Assembly (NCBI GenBank): GCA_038087875.1 | Contig: CM075995.1 | Span: 8,062,001 to 8,126,000 of the forward strand | DNA: 64,000 nucleotides | Reading direction: 5' to 3' | Origin: Malacoraja senta | Taxonomy: Eukaryota | The notes under the pieces: generated by a model | What the model was told of the DNA's origin: nothing | Database searches by the model: none | What the model saw: only the letters and a program-made list of their open reading frames with translations | Part shown: one piece after another, positions 36,901-49,580 of the stretch | How the letters are laid out: each line of letters opens with the position of its first letter | How positions within the stretch are numbered: position 1 is the first letter of the stretch | Position numbers and translations under genes: made by a program

Positions 36901-39510
36901 CAGTCTGAAGAATAGACAAAAGATGCAGTAGGCCATTCGCCTCTTCGAGCCAGCACCGCCATTCAATGTGATCATGGCTGATCATCCACAATCAGTACCC
37001 CCGTTCCTGCCTTCTCCCCATATCTCCTGACTCCGCTATCTTTAAGAGCCCTATCAAGCACTCTCTTGAAAGTATCCAGAGAACCGGCCTCCACTGCCCT
37101 CTGAGGCAGAGAATTCCACAGACTCAAAACTCTCTGTGTGAAAAAGTTTCCTCATCTCTGTTCTAAATGCATTACCCCTTATTCTTAAACTGTGGCACCT
37201 TGTTCTGGACTCCCCCAACATCGGGAATGGTCTCGACCTGAAAAGTCTCCTATTCCTTCACTCCATAGCTGCATCATCACCCGCTGAATTTCTGCAGCTT
37301 TTTTGTCTACCTCAGATTCCTATTAAATCTTTCCCCTTCACCTTAAACCTCTGGTCCTCGATTCCCCTCCTCTGGCAAAAGACTCTCTGCGTCTACCCGA
37401 TCTATTCCTGTCATGATTTTGTACACCACTATAAGATCATCCCTCATCCTCCTGCGCTCCAAGGAATAAAGTTATAATGCACTATAACACATAATGCACC
37501 ATAATACAATATAATACACTATGACACATGATTTTTAACACACCCAAATACAATATAACACACTATAATACAAAATGTGGTTGATGCTCCTCACCAAGAT
37601 GGTCGCCATCGCTACAAACGCCCCTCACCAATATGGCTTCCGTACTCTTCAGTCACAGTCACTTCCACTAATTGCCCTGCACGAAGATGGCAGCAGCCCC
37701 CCCTCAGTCAGTCACTTGATGCAAATGCCCCACACCAAGATGGCTGCCTCAGTCACACTCACTCCCTGCTGATGCCCTGCAGTGTCGTTTGTGACCCCCA
37801 CCCGGTCATACGGTGATGCCGGGTGGGACCGTGATGCTGGGTGGGACGGTCGAGCCCGTGGGGAATGACTAAGGAAGAGAGGGGGGGCAGGGCTGGGGGA
37901 GGGGAGTCACAGAGTCACACAGATTCACCACCCTCTGCCTAAAGAAATTCCTCCCCATCTCCTTTCTAAAGGAACACCCTTTAATTCTGAGACTATGCCT
38001 TCTGGTCCGAGACTCTCCCACGAGTGGAAACATCCTCTCCACATCCACTCTATCCAAGCCTTTCACTATTCTGGAAAGTTTTAATGAGGACCAGCCCCCC
38101 CCCCCTCCTCATTCTTCTAAACTCCAGCGAGTCCAGGCCCAGTGCAGACAAAAGCTCATCGTACATTAACCCACTCATTCCTGGGATCGTTCTTGTAAAC
38201 CTCCTCTGGACCCTCTGCAGTGCCAAGCACATCCTTCCCTCAGAAATGGGACCCAAAACTGCTCACATTGGCCCATGTCCCTCTAAACCTCCTCTGGCAA
38301 AAGAGTATGGAAGCCATATTGGTGAGGGGCTGTCCAATCCATGTACCTATCCAAGTATCTTTTAAACGTTGCAATAGTCCCTGCCTCAACTACCTCCTCT
38401 GGCAGCTCGTTCCATACACCCACACTCTATGTGGAAAAGTTACACCTCAGATTCCTATGTTTCAGAAAGAACTGCAGATTCTGAAAAATCGAAGGTAGAA
38501 AAAACCTGGAGAAACTCAGCGGGTGAGGCAACATTTATGGAGCGAAGGAATAGGCGACGTTTCGGGTCGAGACCTTTCTTCAGACTGAAGAAGGGTCAGT
38601 CTGAAGAATAGACAATAGGTGCAGTAGGCCATTCGCCTCTTCGAGCCAGCACCGCCATTCAATGTGATCATGGCTGATCATCCACAATCAGTTCCTGCCT
38701 TCTCCCCATATCTCCTGACTCCGCTAACTTTACGAGCCCTATCAATCTCTCTCTTGAAAGTATCCAGAGAACTGGCCTCCACCACCCTCTGAGGCAGAGA
38801 ATTCCACAGTCTCACAACTCTGTGTGAAAAAGTGTTTCCTCATCTCTGTTCTCAATCCCTTATTCTTAAACTGTGACCCCTTGTTCTGGACTCCGCCAAC
38901 ATCGGTAAGGGTCTCAACCTGAAACGTCACCTATTCCTTCGCTCCATTGATGCTGCCTCACCCACTGAATTTCTCCAGATTTTTTGTCTACCTCAGATTC
39001 CTTTTAAATCTTTCCCCTTCACCTTAAACCGATGTCCTCTGGTCCTCGATTCCCCTCCCTGGCAAAAGACTCTGTGCGTCTACCCGATCTATTCCTGTCA
39101 TGATTTTGTACAACTCTATAAGATCATCGCTCATCCTCATGTGCTCCAAGGAATAAAGTTATAATGCACTATAATACATAATTCACCATAATACAATATA
39201 ATATATAATACACTATGACACATGATTTTTAACACACCCAAATACAATATAATACACTATAACACACCTTAACACAATATAACACACTATAATACAATAT
39301 AACACACTATATACAAAATGTGCTTGATGCCCCTCACCAAGATGGTCGCCATTGCTACAAACGCCCCTCACCAATATGGCTTCCATACTCTTCAGTCACA
39401 GTCACTTCCACTAATTGCCCTGCAACAAGATGGCAGCAGCCTCCCCTCAGTCAGTCACTTGCTGCAAATGCCTCGCACCAAGATGGCTGCCTCAGTCACA
39501 CTCACTTCCC
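33917..39510. repeat. Tandem duplication, ~1.66 kb unit, ~3.4 copies (CR1 and Penelope fragments, an AT-rich microsatellite and a CpG/YY1-motif segment)
   Basis: Landmark ATGTG(G/C)TTGATGC(T/C)CCTCACCAAGATGG at 34266, 35923, 37575, 39318. Near-identical short ORFs recur in each copy. Confidence 0.92.
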
Positions 39511-39699
39511 ATTGATGCAATAGACAATAGGTGCAGGAGTAAGCCATTCAGCCCTTCGAACCAGCACCGCCATTCAATGTGATCATGGCTGATCATCCCC
39601 AATCTGTACCCCGTTCCTGCCTTCTCCTCACATCCCCTGACTCCGCTCGTGTGCGGACGTGGCGCCGACGGACGAGAAGCCGATGCAAAGAATTCAAAG

Positions 39700-39965
39700 C
39701 CAAAGAACCGAATGGAAATGAGGCCGAAATGCCAAATAACCGAAAGAGTACGAAGCCGAAACGCCAACAAACCGAAAGTATGGGACGCCTAAATGCAAAC
39801 TAACCGAACGGGTGGGATGCCTAAAAGCCAACTAACCGAAAAGCTGCGTCGCCTAAAAGCAAACTCACTGAATGGCCGCTCTGTCTAAACGCCACCTACC
39901 CGAAAGGCGGCGTCGCCTACAAGCCAACGAAACGAATGCCGCTCAACAGAAAAGTCAAATAACGG
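39700..39965. repeat. 16-bp-period degenerate array with a conserved CC(G/T)AA core; possible Mutator/Foldback-type subterminal repeat
   Basis: Cores at 39708, 39724, 39740, 39756, 39772, 39788, 39804, 39820, 39836, 39852, 39868, 39884, 39900, 39916, 39932, with variable spacers. Confidence 0.7.
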
Positions 39966-40204
39966 ACATGACGTTGCCGGGGGGCGGGACTTGTCAGCGA
40001 TTGGTCCAGACCCCCGCATCCATCACATCACTGTGGAGGGATGAACATTGTCCCACACCTCCGCTCCACCCGACCCGCAGCCCGCGGAGGGTGGCCGTGG
40101 GATTGTGGGGGCTGTCCCGAGGAATGCCACCTTCGACCGCTTACAACTTGGTGCTTGGGTTCAGATTGCCCAGTCACCTAAGGCTTGTGTGGAAAAATGA
40201 TCCC

Positions 40205-42460
40205 CACGCTCCCGTCTCGGAAATGTCAGTGATGCAGTTGAACAAAGGAGACTATGAAGGCATGAGGGAGGAGCTGGCCAAGGTCAACTGGAAAGGGATC
40301 CTAGCAGGAATGACGGTGGAACAGCAATGGCAGGAATTTATGGGCATAATCCGGAAGACGCAGGATCATTTAATTCCAAAAAGGAAGAAAGATTCTAAGA
40401 GGAGTAGGAGGCAACTGTGGCTGACAATAGAAGTTAGGGATAGAATAAAACTTAAAGAAAAGATGTAAAACACAGCAAAGAATAGCCAGTAGCCAGAGGT
40501 TTGGGAAACTTTCATAGGACAACAGAAGGAAATAAAACGGGCAATACGGGCCGAAAAGATGAAGTACGAGGGGAAGCTGGCCAGGAATATAAAGGACAGG
40601 AAAAGCTTCTTTAGATATGTTAAGGGAAAAAGAATAGCAAAGTCAAATGTAGGTCCCTTGAAGGCAGACACGGGTGAAATTATTATGGGGAACAAGGAAA
40701 TGGCAGAGGAGTTGAACAGGTACTTCGGATCTGTCTTCACTAAGGAAGACACAATCTCCCAGAAGTACTGGAGGACAGAGGATCTAAGGGGGTAGAGGAA
40801 CTGAAAGAAATTTTCATTAGGCGATAAATAGTATTGGGTAGGTTAATGGGACTGAAGGATGATAAATCTCCTGGGCCTGATGGTCTGCATCCCAGGGTCC
40901 TCAGGGAAGTGGCTCTAGAAATACTGGACGCATTGGTGATCATTTTCCAATGTTCAATAGATTCAGGATCAGTTCCTATGGATTGGAGGATAACTAATGT
41001 TATCCCACTTTTCAAGAAAGGAGTGAGAGAGAAAACGGGGAATTACAGACCAGTTAGCCTGACTTCGGTGGTGGGAAAGATGCTGGAGTCAATTATTAAA
41101 GAGGTAATAATGGGGCATTTGGATGCCCCCATTATTAGGACTAAAATGATTAGTCCAAGTCAGCATGGATTTATGAAAGGAAAATCATGCTTGACTAATC
41201 TTCTGGAATTTTTTGAGGATGTGACAAGTAAAATGAATGAAGGGGAGCCAGTGGATGTAGTGTATCTAGACTTTCAGAAAGCCTTTGATAAGGTCCCGCA
41301 TGGGAGACTGGTGACTAAAATTAGAGCACATGGTATTGGAGGTAGGGTGTTGACGTGGATAGAAAATTGGTTGGCAGACTGGAAGCAAAGAGTAGGAGTG
41401 AACGGGTCCTTTTCAGAATGTCAGGCAGTGGCGAGTGGAGTGCCGCAAGGCTCGGTGTTGGGGCCGCAACTGTTTACCATATATATTAATGATTTGGAAG
41501 AGGGAATTAGGAGCAACACTAGCAAGTTTGCGGATGACACAAAGCTGGGTGGCAGTGTGAACTGTGAAGAGGGTGTTAGGAGGTTGCAGGGTGACCTGGA
41601 CAGGTTGAGTCAGTGGGCAGATGCGTGGCAGACGCAGTATAATATAGATAAATGTGAGGTTATCCACTTTGGCGGCAAAAACAAGGGGGCAGATTATTCT
41701 CAATGGGGTTAGGTTAGGTAAGGGGGAGGTACAGAGAGACCTGGGTGTCCTTGTACACCAGTCATTGAAAGTTGGCGTGCAGGTACAGCAGGCAGTGAAG
41801 AAAGCTAATGGAATGTTGGCCTTCATAACAAGAGGATTTCAGTATAGGAGTAAAGAGGTTCTTCTGCAGTTGTATAGGGCTCTGGTAAAACCACATCTGG
41901 AGTATTGTGTATAGTTTTGGTCTCCTAATTTGACGTAGGACATCCTTGTGATTGAGGCAGTGCAGCGTAGGTTCACGAGATTGATCTCTGCGATGGCGGG
42001 ACTGTCATATGATGAAAGATTGAAAAGACTAGGCTTGTATTGTTTAGAAGGATGAGGGGGTATCTTATAGAAACATATAAAACTATAAAAGGACTGGACA
42101 AGCTAAATGCAGGAAAAATGTTCCCAATGTTGGGCGGGTCCAGATCTAGGGGCCACATTCTTAGAATAAAGGGGAGGCCATTGAAGACTGAGGTGAGAAA
42201 AAACATTTTCACCCAGAGAATTGTTGAATTTGTGGAATTCCCTGCCACAGAGGGCAGTGGAGGCCAAATCACTGGATGGATTTAAGAGAGAGTTAGATAG
42301 AGCTCTAGGGGCTAGTGGAATCAAGGGATATGGGGAGAAGGCAGGCACGGGTTATTGATTGGGGACGATTAACCATTATCACATGAATGGCGGTGTTGGT
42401 TCGAAGGGCCGAATGACCTCCTCCTGCACTTATTTTCTATGTTAGTTTATGTTCTATGTT
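40205..42460 (+). mobile_element. 5'-truncated CR1 LINE, degenerate ORF2 (reverse transcriptase)
   Basis: KSPGPDGLHPRVL, NYRPVSLTS, QHGF, LDFQKAFDKVPH, GVPQGSVLGP, FADDTKL. Stops and frameshifts; 3' TCTATG-type tail. Confidence 0.93.
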
Positions 42461-42477
42461 AAAAAGCCCAGAGCCAT

Positions 42478-43282
42478 AGAATAGAATGCTATTTATTGTC
42501 ATTCAAACCTAGGCTTGAACGAAATATCATTACTACAGTTTTTTACATTACAAAAAAACCCAAGACCCACACTTAACACAGTTTACATAAACATCCATCA
42601 CAGTGAGTCTCCAACACCTCCTCACTGTGATGGAAGGCAAAGTCTTATCTCTTCCCTTTATTCCTCACCCGCGGTCCAGCAGTCCAACTGCAGCGTCTAG
42701 GCGAACTGGGGCACCGATGTTAGAGCCCCCGGCGGACGATGGTAAGTCCCGTGGCCGCCAACCCGCGCCGGGCGATGTTAGGCCTCGCTCCGTGTCCTCC
42801 AAACCTCGCTATTCCAGCGGGAGAAGTTGCCGTTGCAGGAGCTCCGAAAAGATGTCTCCCACCAGGGACCTGGAGCTCCCGATGTTCCTGTCCACCGGGC
42901 CCGCAGCCGGAGCTTCCGAAACTCCAAAGTCGGGTCGCAGCCGAGCGCCACCACAGCTCTCCCCGCTCCAAAGCCGGCCAGCTCCGCGATGTCAGGTCCC
43001 AGGCTCCGCGAGTGGAGCCTTCCGGTCAATCCCAGCCGGAGTCCGCCGCCGGCTCCACAATGTTAGGCCCAACGACATCGGAGATCCGACAAGGAAAAAG
43101 TCGGGTCCCCGTACAGGGAAGAGATTAACGGTTTCCCCAACATCCCCCCCTCCACCCCCCACATATACACAGCTAAAAAATAATAAAAACTAAGCTCAAG
43201 ACATACATTTAATAAGACAAAAACATTTTAAAAAGACGGACGACTGTAGTTGAGCCGCTGCCGTTAGGCGCCGCCACTCCCA
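42478..43282 (-). mobile_element. Short non-autonomous retroelement (LINE-like 3' tail, GC-rich body)
   Basis: - strand ends in ...GAATGACAATAAATAGCATTCTATTCT. GC-rich 5' end GGGAGTGGCGGCGCCTAACGGCAGCGGCTC. Family not determined. Confidence 0.45.
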
Positions 43283-43361
43283 CAAGGGTTCATACAAGGA
43301 GGAAATCTGAAATTAAAATAAAACAGAAAATGCTAGAAATACTGGGCGGGCCAAGCAGCAA

Positions 43362-43660
43362 CTTAGTTTGGAGATACAGCGTGGAAACAGGCCCTTCGGC
43401 CCACTGAGTCCGCTCCGAACAGCGATGCCCGCACACTAACACTATCCTACCCATACTAGGGACAATTTTACATTGATACCAAGCCAATTAACCTACAAAC
43501 CTGTACATCTTTGGAGCGTGGGAGGAAACCGGAGATCTCGGAGAAAACGCAGGTCACGGGGAGAACATACAAACTCCGTACAGACAGCACCCATGGTCGG
43601 GATCGAACCCGGGTCTCTGGCGCTGTAAGGCAGCAACTCTACCGCTGCGCCACCGTGCCG
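43362..43660 (-). mobile_element. tRNA-derived SINE (HE1/V-SINE-like), full length
   Basis: - strand GGCACGGTGGCGCAGCGGTAGAG...GGTTCGATCCC A/B boxes, and a CR1-like tail GAAGGGCCTGTTTCCACGCTGTATCTCCAAAC. Confidence 0.8.
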
Positions 43661-43904
43661 TCCTGGGGAGATAAAGAGAGTTAAAGTTTTAGGTCAATAT
43701 AATCTTTCATCGGGACTGGAAAAGTTAGAAAACAAATGTGCTTTAAGTGGCAGAGAGAGGGAGAGGTGGAAGGAACAAAAGGAAATGTCAGTGCGGGATT
43801 AGAGAACAAAGTTGTACAGGTGACATATTTGCCGCCTTTTGGAGAGCATGAAAAGAAACATATTCTCCCTTCACACGCGCTGCCTGACCTGCTGAGTATC
43901 TATT

Positions 43905-44205
43905 CGTTTTAGAGATACAGCGCGGAAAGAGGTCCTTCGGCCCACCGAGTCCGTGCCGACCAGCGATCCCCACGCATTAACACTAACCTACACACACTAA
44001 CGACAATTTACAATTTTACTAACCCAATTAACCTGTACCTGTATGTCTTTGGAGTGTGAGAGGAAACCGGAGCACCCGGAGAAAACCCACGCAGGTCATG
44101 GGGTGAACGTGTAAACACCATACAGACAGCAAACGTAGTCGGGATCGAACCCGGGTCTCTAACAGTGTAAGGCAGCGACTCTACCCATCGCCACTGTGCA
44201 GCCTG
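43905..44205 (-). mobile_element. tRNA-derived SINE (HE1/V-SINE-like)
   Basis: Same architecture as 43362-43660. Confidence 0.78.
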
Positions 44206-44942
44206 ATTGATTGATTGGTCGGTTGGTCGATTGAAAAACAAGAAACATACCGCATGGAAACAGGCCCTTCGGCCCACCGAGTCCATGCAGACCATTGATA
44301 ACCCATTCACACTCGTTTTATCATATTCCAGGGCTCTCGCTTAACTTTTTTTCCCTGTTGCCAGGCGGGCAACCTTGGCAGCTTTTTAGGTTGCCAAATG
44401 GCAGTTTAGGTGGTCATTTAAGATGGCTTGCATGACGCGTGCGATAATGTGCTCGGACGAAGTGTGTAGTTACCAGTCGGAATTATGGTCAATGAACCAT
44501 TCACATATTATTTCTGCTTCAAATAAAGTCACAAACTAAACATATTCACCAATCAAGACATGATATATCCCACAATGACATGCAGCAAAATTATAAGACA
44601 ATATCTCAACTCTTTTTACACATAGCAATTAATGCAATTTCTATTAGTTCTTTCCACTTCCAAACAAAAATGTGGTTGGATTATTCAGCGTATGATCAAC
44701 CTGTGTCAATAAATCCTGGACCATGGTAACATATATGCGTACGTATAGTTGTGGATGTTGCTCATTAAATAACTACAGTACTGATATTCCATATTAAGAG
44801 CATTGATTTGCCGTTAAAATGAATTCTGTAATAACGTGTCAACGGCAGCAGTGACAATCGAACACTGCGGTTTTAATGTTTCACGTGTTCACAATATAAT
44901 TAATCCATCTTTATGGATTAAAACAAATAATAACATTGGGAA

Positions 44943-47393
44943 TTTTTTTTTTTTTTTTTTTCTTACACAACATATATCTTAATACATTTTTTGTACCGCT
45001 TCATTTTTTTGAGCTTTAAGAAAAAGATAGAAGTAAGGAAAGTAAAGAAAGTGCGCAAGAGTCGTGAAGTGCAAGAGAGTGTTGGGAAAAGAAAGCCCCT
45101 TAGAAAAGAAGTTAGAGAAGGAAGTAAAGTAAGAAAGTAGACCCTAGAAAAGAAAGAAAAAGAAAGTAGGAATAATCGCTCTATTATGACATTATACTCC
45201 GCAGAAAGGGGACTACCAACCAAGTCTGTTTTTGTTGTTTTACCTCCCATTACCAGGTCCTGATACCATTTATTTATTTATTTATTTTTAAAATTACTAT
45301 TGCACCTCATGCTTGTAATAGGTCCAGAAACGTAGACCACGTCTTTTGGAATTGGTCTGCTTTACCTGCTAAGAGAAATCTCATCTCTTCCAGATGTAAT
45401 GTTTCCAACATATTTGATGTCCACATTTTTATTGTTGGTGTGGGCGCATTTTTCCAGAATTTAAGTATGAGCTTTTTTCCCATTATTAGCCCGTAATTGA
45501 ATAAATTCTTCTGATACACGTTTAATTCAGGGATACCTTCCGATATTCCAAAAATGATCCATTCTGGTTTTGGTACCAGTTTTATTTTAATTAATTTTGA
45601 AAAAATATCAAATATTTCATACCAGAATTTTTGGATTTTTGTACAAATTGGTAGCTTCTTGACACAGACATTTATCACAGATTGGTGAAACATTAGGAAA
45701 GATTTTATTTAATTTAGTTTTTGAATAATATAGTCCATGTAATGTTTTGAATTGGATGAGCGCATGTCGTACGTTGATCGACCATTTATGCACCTGTAGT
45801 AAATGATTATCCCAGCTCTCTTTTGAAATTTTTATAGCTAATTCTTGTTCTCAGTCTCTTCTAATTCCATCTGTTGTGGGTATTTCTATGTTTAAAATGA
45901 TATTATATAAGTACGATATTAGATTAGCTGATTCCGCCTTTGTCTTCATTGCTTCATCTAGTAAGTCGGAAGGCATATTATGATAGTCTTTTGTGTATTT
46001 TTTAAGATAATCACGAATTTGTAGATATTTAAAATATTGGTTATTTTTTAAATTATATTTCAGTTGTAGTTGTTGAAATGATAGTAATTTTCCCAATTCA
46101 TACAGATCTTCGAGCGTTTTGATTCCCATTCTTTCCCATTGTATAAATGATTTGTCTATGATTGATGGTTTAAACGATGGGTTATTGACTATTGGTATTG
46201 AGAGAGATAGGTTTCTTAATTTTAGATTCTGTTTTATTTGTTTCCATGTTCTAATTGTGCTATATATAATTGGATTTTTATTATAATTTTTATTATTCAA
46301 ATTTATTGGAGAGAGAATAATCGCTCCTATATTACTCGGGGAGCAGTCCCCTTTTTCCATTACAATCCAGTCCGCCTGCTGGGCAGAATTGTCCAGCAGG
46401 TGAATCATATTTTTAATATTTACTGCCCAATTATAATACATAAAGTTAGGTAGCGCTAGACCCCCCAACTCTTTTCGTTTATTAAGGTGTGCTCTTTGTA
46501 TTCTATGGGATTTATAATCCCATATAAAATTTGTAATGTCTGAGTCCAATTTTTTGAAAAACTTTTTTGGGAGATATATAGGTATTGATTGAAATAGGTA
46601 TAGAATTTGTGGCATTTATAGGCATTTATTCTGCCTATTAAGGACATCGGAAGTGTTTTCCAGAATTTAATCAAATTATTTAATTTCTTAAGTAAGGGAT
46701 TATAATTGGCTTTAAACATATCCTGGTAATTTCTAGTAATTTCAATTCCCAAATATTTGAATTTTTCTGTAGCTATTTTAAAGGGGAATTTCCTGAGATG
46801 TGTTGAGTCTTTTGGTTTTATCGACATAATTTCACTTTTGTTCCAATTTATTCTATATCCTGAGAAGGATCCAAAGTCCTCAATTAAATTTAATATATTT
46901 GGTATACTAATTTGTGGTTTTGTGATGTACAGTAGTACATCATCGGCATATAGGGATATTTTGTTATTTGAATATTTTGTATTATAACCGTAAATATCCA
47001 GGTGTGTTCTTATTTTTTCAGCAAGGGGTTCAATTACCAAAGCAAATAACAGCGGTGATAATGAACATCCTTGTCTATTGCCCCTTGATAGTTCAAATTT
47101 TCGAGGATAATATATTATTAGTTAGTATTCTAGCCGTAGGTTTGTTATATAATAGTTTTATCCATGCAATGAAGTTCTCTCCCAATTGGAATTTTTGCAA
47201 TACTTTAATCATATAATCCCATTCTACTTGATCAAACGCTTTTTCTGCGTCCAGTGAGATGATAGATAACTCTTGGTCATGAGATTTATGTGAGTGCATT
47301 ATGTTAAGCAAACGTCTCAAATTATTGAATGAATGTCTCTTAGGTATAAATCCTGTTTGATCCTCATTTATTAGTCTACTAACATACCTGCTT
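44943..47393 (-). mobile_element. 5'-truncated L1-clade LINE, degenerate ORF2
   Basis: Poly(T) at 44943-44961. Motifs DQTGFIPKRHSFNNLRRL, SLDAEKAFDQVEW, SLYADDVLLY, FSGYRINWNKS, GGLALPNF, spread over frameshifted ORFs. Confidence 0.9.
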
Positions 47394-47415
47394 AGTCCAT
47401 GCAGACCAATATAAT

Positions 47416-47660
47416 TAATAATAATAATAATAATAATAACTTTATTTATAAAGCACTTTAAACAACCACAGTTGCCACAAAGTGCTGTACATGAGAAATC
47501 ATGAACAAAAGCTATTACAAACAATTAAAAACCATTAAAAACCGTAAAACGAAGGACTATAAAAAACACACTAAAAATTAAAAGACATTAAAAGCACTAA
47601 AAACAGGGGCAATGCCTCAGCCAGTGTCGAAAGCCAAAGAATAAAAATATGTTTTTATTC
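47416..47660 (-). mobile_element. L2-type LINE 3' fragment
   Basis: - strand TGTACAGCACTTTG...AAAGTGCTTTATAAATAAAG(TTA)n tail. Confidence 0.7.
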
Positions 47661-48446
47661 TATCTTTATGGATTAAAACAAATAATAACATTGGGAATTA
47701 AAACACATTTGATTGCATTCCGTTATCAAACATAGTCAATGTTCGCTCTGAAGACATTTCCAGCACAATAGGGTCAGGGAGGGGTGTGTGTGTGAATCAG
47801 TGCGGGGTGGATAGATGGCGGGAGTGGGGGGGTTAGAAGGCAGTCGGTGCAGAATGGATGGATTGAGGCAGGTGAATTAGTACGTGTTGGTTGGAGTAGG
47901 TAAAATTGTGAGGGGAGAGCACCGGGGATGTCAGTGGTGTTGAATGGGGGGGTTCAGTACGGGATGGATGTGGGTAGTCAAAAGTGCTGGAGAAGGTCAG
48001 CGGGTGAGGCAGCATCTATGGAGCGACGGAAATAGGCAACGTTTCAGGTCGAGACCCTTCTTCAGACTGTTCCCCCCATTCTTCTTGAATGGGAGGATCA
48101 GTACAGGATGGATGGGGGGGGAGATCAGCGCAGGATGAATGGGGGGGGGGTCAGTGCAGTGTGGATCGGAGGGTCTGTGCAGGATGAATGGGAGATCACT
48201 ACAGGATGAATGAGGGGAAGAGGGGAAGGTGCAGGGTAAATGGAGGGTGGGTCAGTACGGGATGAATGCATGGATTAGTACAGGATGGATGAAGGAGAAG
48301 TGCAGGATGGATGGGAAAGGGGTAAGTACAGGGTGAATTAGGGAACCAGTGTAGGATGGATGGGGGGGGACAGGAGAATCAATGCTAGGTGGACAGGGTG
48401 ATCAGCGCAGGATGAATAGATGGGGGGGGGTAGATGGGGAGGGGAG

Positions 48447-48980
48447 TATGGAAGATAAACAAGTTACTTATTTCTACTTTTGCACCTTTGTATTCTTAAT
48501 AAATACATTTATATCCTTGTATTAAACATACACTAAAATGGTGTCGTCTAACCTTGGCAGACATAGCTGAGAGATTAAAGTTGCTTTAGCTGAAACATAA
48601 TGGTGGCAGGACATAGCTGGGACATTAGAAGTTAATTTTAAGGGTGGCGAGTGAAGGACGAGATATGAGAGGAAATGTAAAGTTTAATAAGATTGAACCA
48701 AGGTCGGAAGCTAATGGTGGCGAGACAGAGAATACTAGAATCAAAGACAGATTGATGCAAAGGAGTACAGCATGAAAGATAATGTAGCAGAGTTAAGGCT
48801 GAAAGAGTGTAATAAAAAGCTGCTTGTTTCTGTGGATCAGAGAGCAATTAGAGAGCGGACAGGTGGTGTCATCTCTGAATGTTCCAGCCGAATATTTGCA
48901 AATAAAGGCTTTTCGTCTTCTTGAAGAATTCTCCGTGTCTGTGTCATCTTATCCAAACTTTGAGTCTTAAAACCACGACA
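48447..48980 (+). repeat. ERV 5' LTR
   Basis: Direct repeat of 55494-56048. TATGG...CGACA, with AATAAA near 48901. Confidence 0.92.
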
Positions 48981-48984
48981 AAAT

Positions 48985-49002
48985 TGGCGCAGCGAGCAAG
49001 GT
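48985..49002 (+). promoter_or_regulatory. ERV primer-binding site, tRNA-Ser type
   Basis: TGGCGCAGCGAGCAAGGT, 17/18 complementary to the 3' end of vertebrate tRNA-Ser(UGA) (...ACCCTGCTCGCTGCGCCA) as recalled. Confidence 0.75.
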
Positions 49003-49329
49003 CGGTAAGAGACCGATAATTAAAAGACAAACAGCCCAGGGCACTTCCCAGCCCCTCTTGGCTCCTAGGGACAACAGGGAAAGGGTGGCCACCTAAAAAA
49101 TTATGCAGTTTTCCGCTTCATTTGGACTAATAACCTGTTGAACATGGGTGGCCATTGGGGCACAGAAATGCCTAGGTAGTTAGAAGGTCTCTCCGATCCA
49201 AGAATCTGACACTAAATTGTTCTAAAAAGGAGGCCCGAAGGATTGTCCGAGAAGGCTGCGCTGTATGGTGAGTAATAAGAAAGTACAGCATTGCATTATG
49301 TGATAGTATTAAGAGTTTATTAGACCTCG

Positions 49330-49580
49330 TGGATACCACCCTGAGAGGTCAGGGGTTGCACGGACGAGGCAAGTATTCTGTGGATACCACCCTGAGAGGT
49401 CAGGGGTTTGTACGGGCAGAATAAGGCATTCTGTGGATACCACCCTGAGAGGTCAGGGGTTTGTACGGGCAGAATAAGGCATTCTGTGGATACCACCCTG
49501 AGAGGTCAGGGGTTTGTACGGGCAGAATAAAGTATTTTGTGGATAACACCTTGGGTAACTGAGGGCTGTACGGGCAAAAT
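49330..49580 (+). repeat. ~53-bp tandem repeat in the ERV leader (4-5 copies)
   Basis: TGGATACCACCCTGAGAGGTCAGGGGTT... at 49330, 49381, 49434, 49487, with a degenerate copy at 49540. Confidence 0.9.

Noticed and set aside
43600..43660. tRNA gene
   Set aside because: A/B boxes are the head of a SINE; same for 1124-1200 and 44140-44200.
47394..47660. L1-L2 template-switch chimera
   Set aside because: The L2 splits the right copy of the target duplication, so it most likely inserted afterwards.
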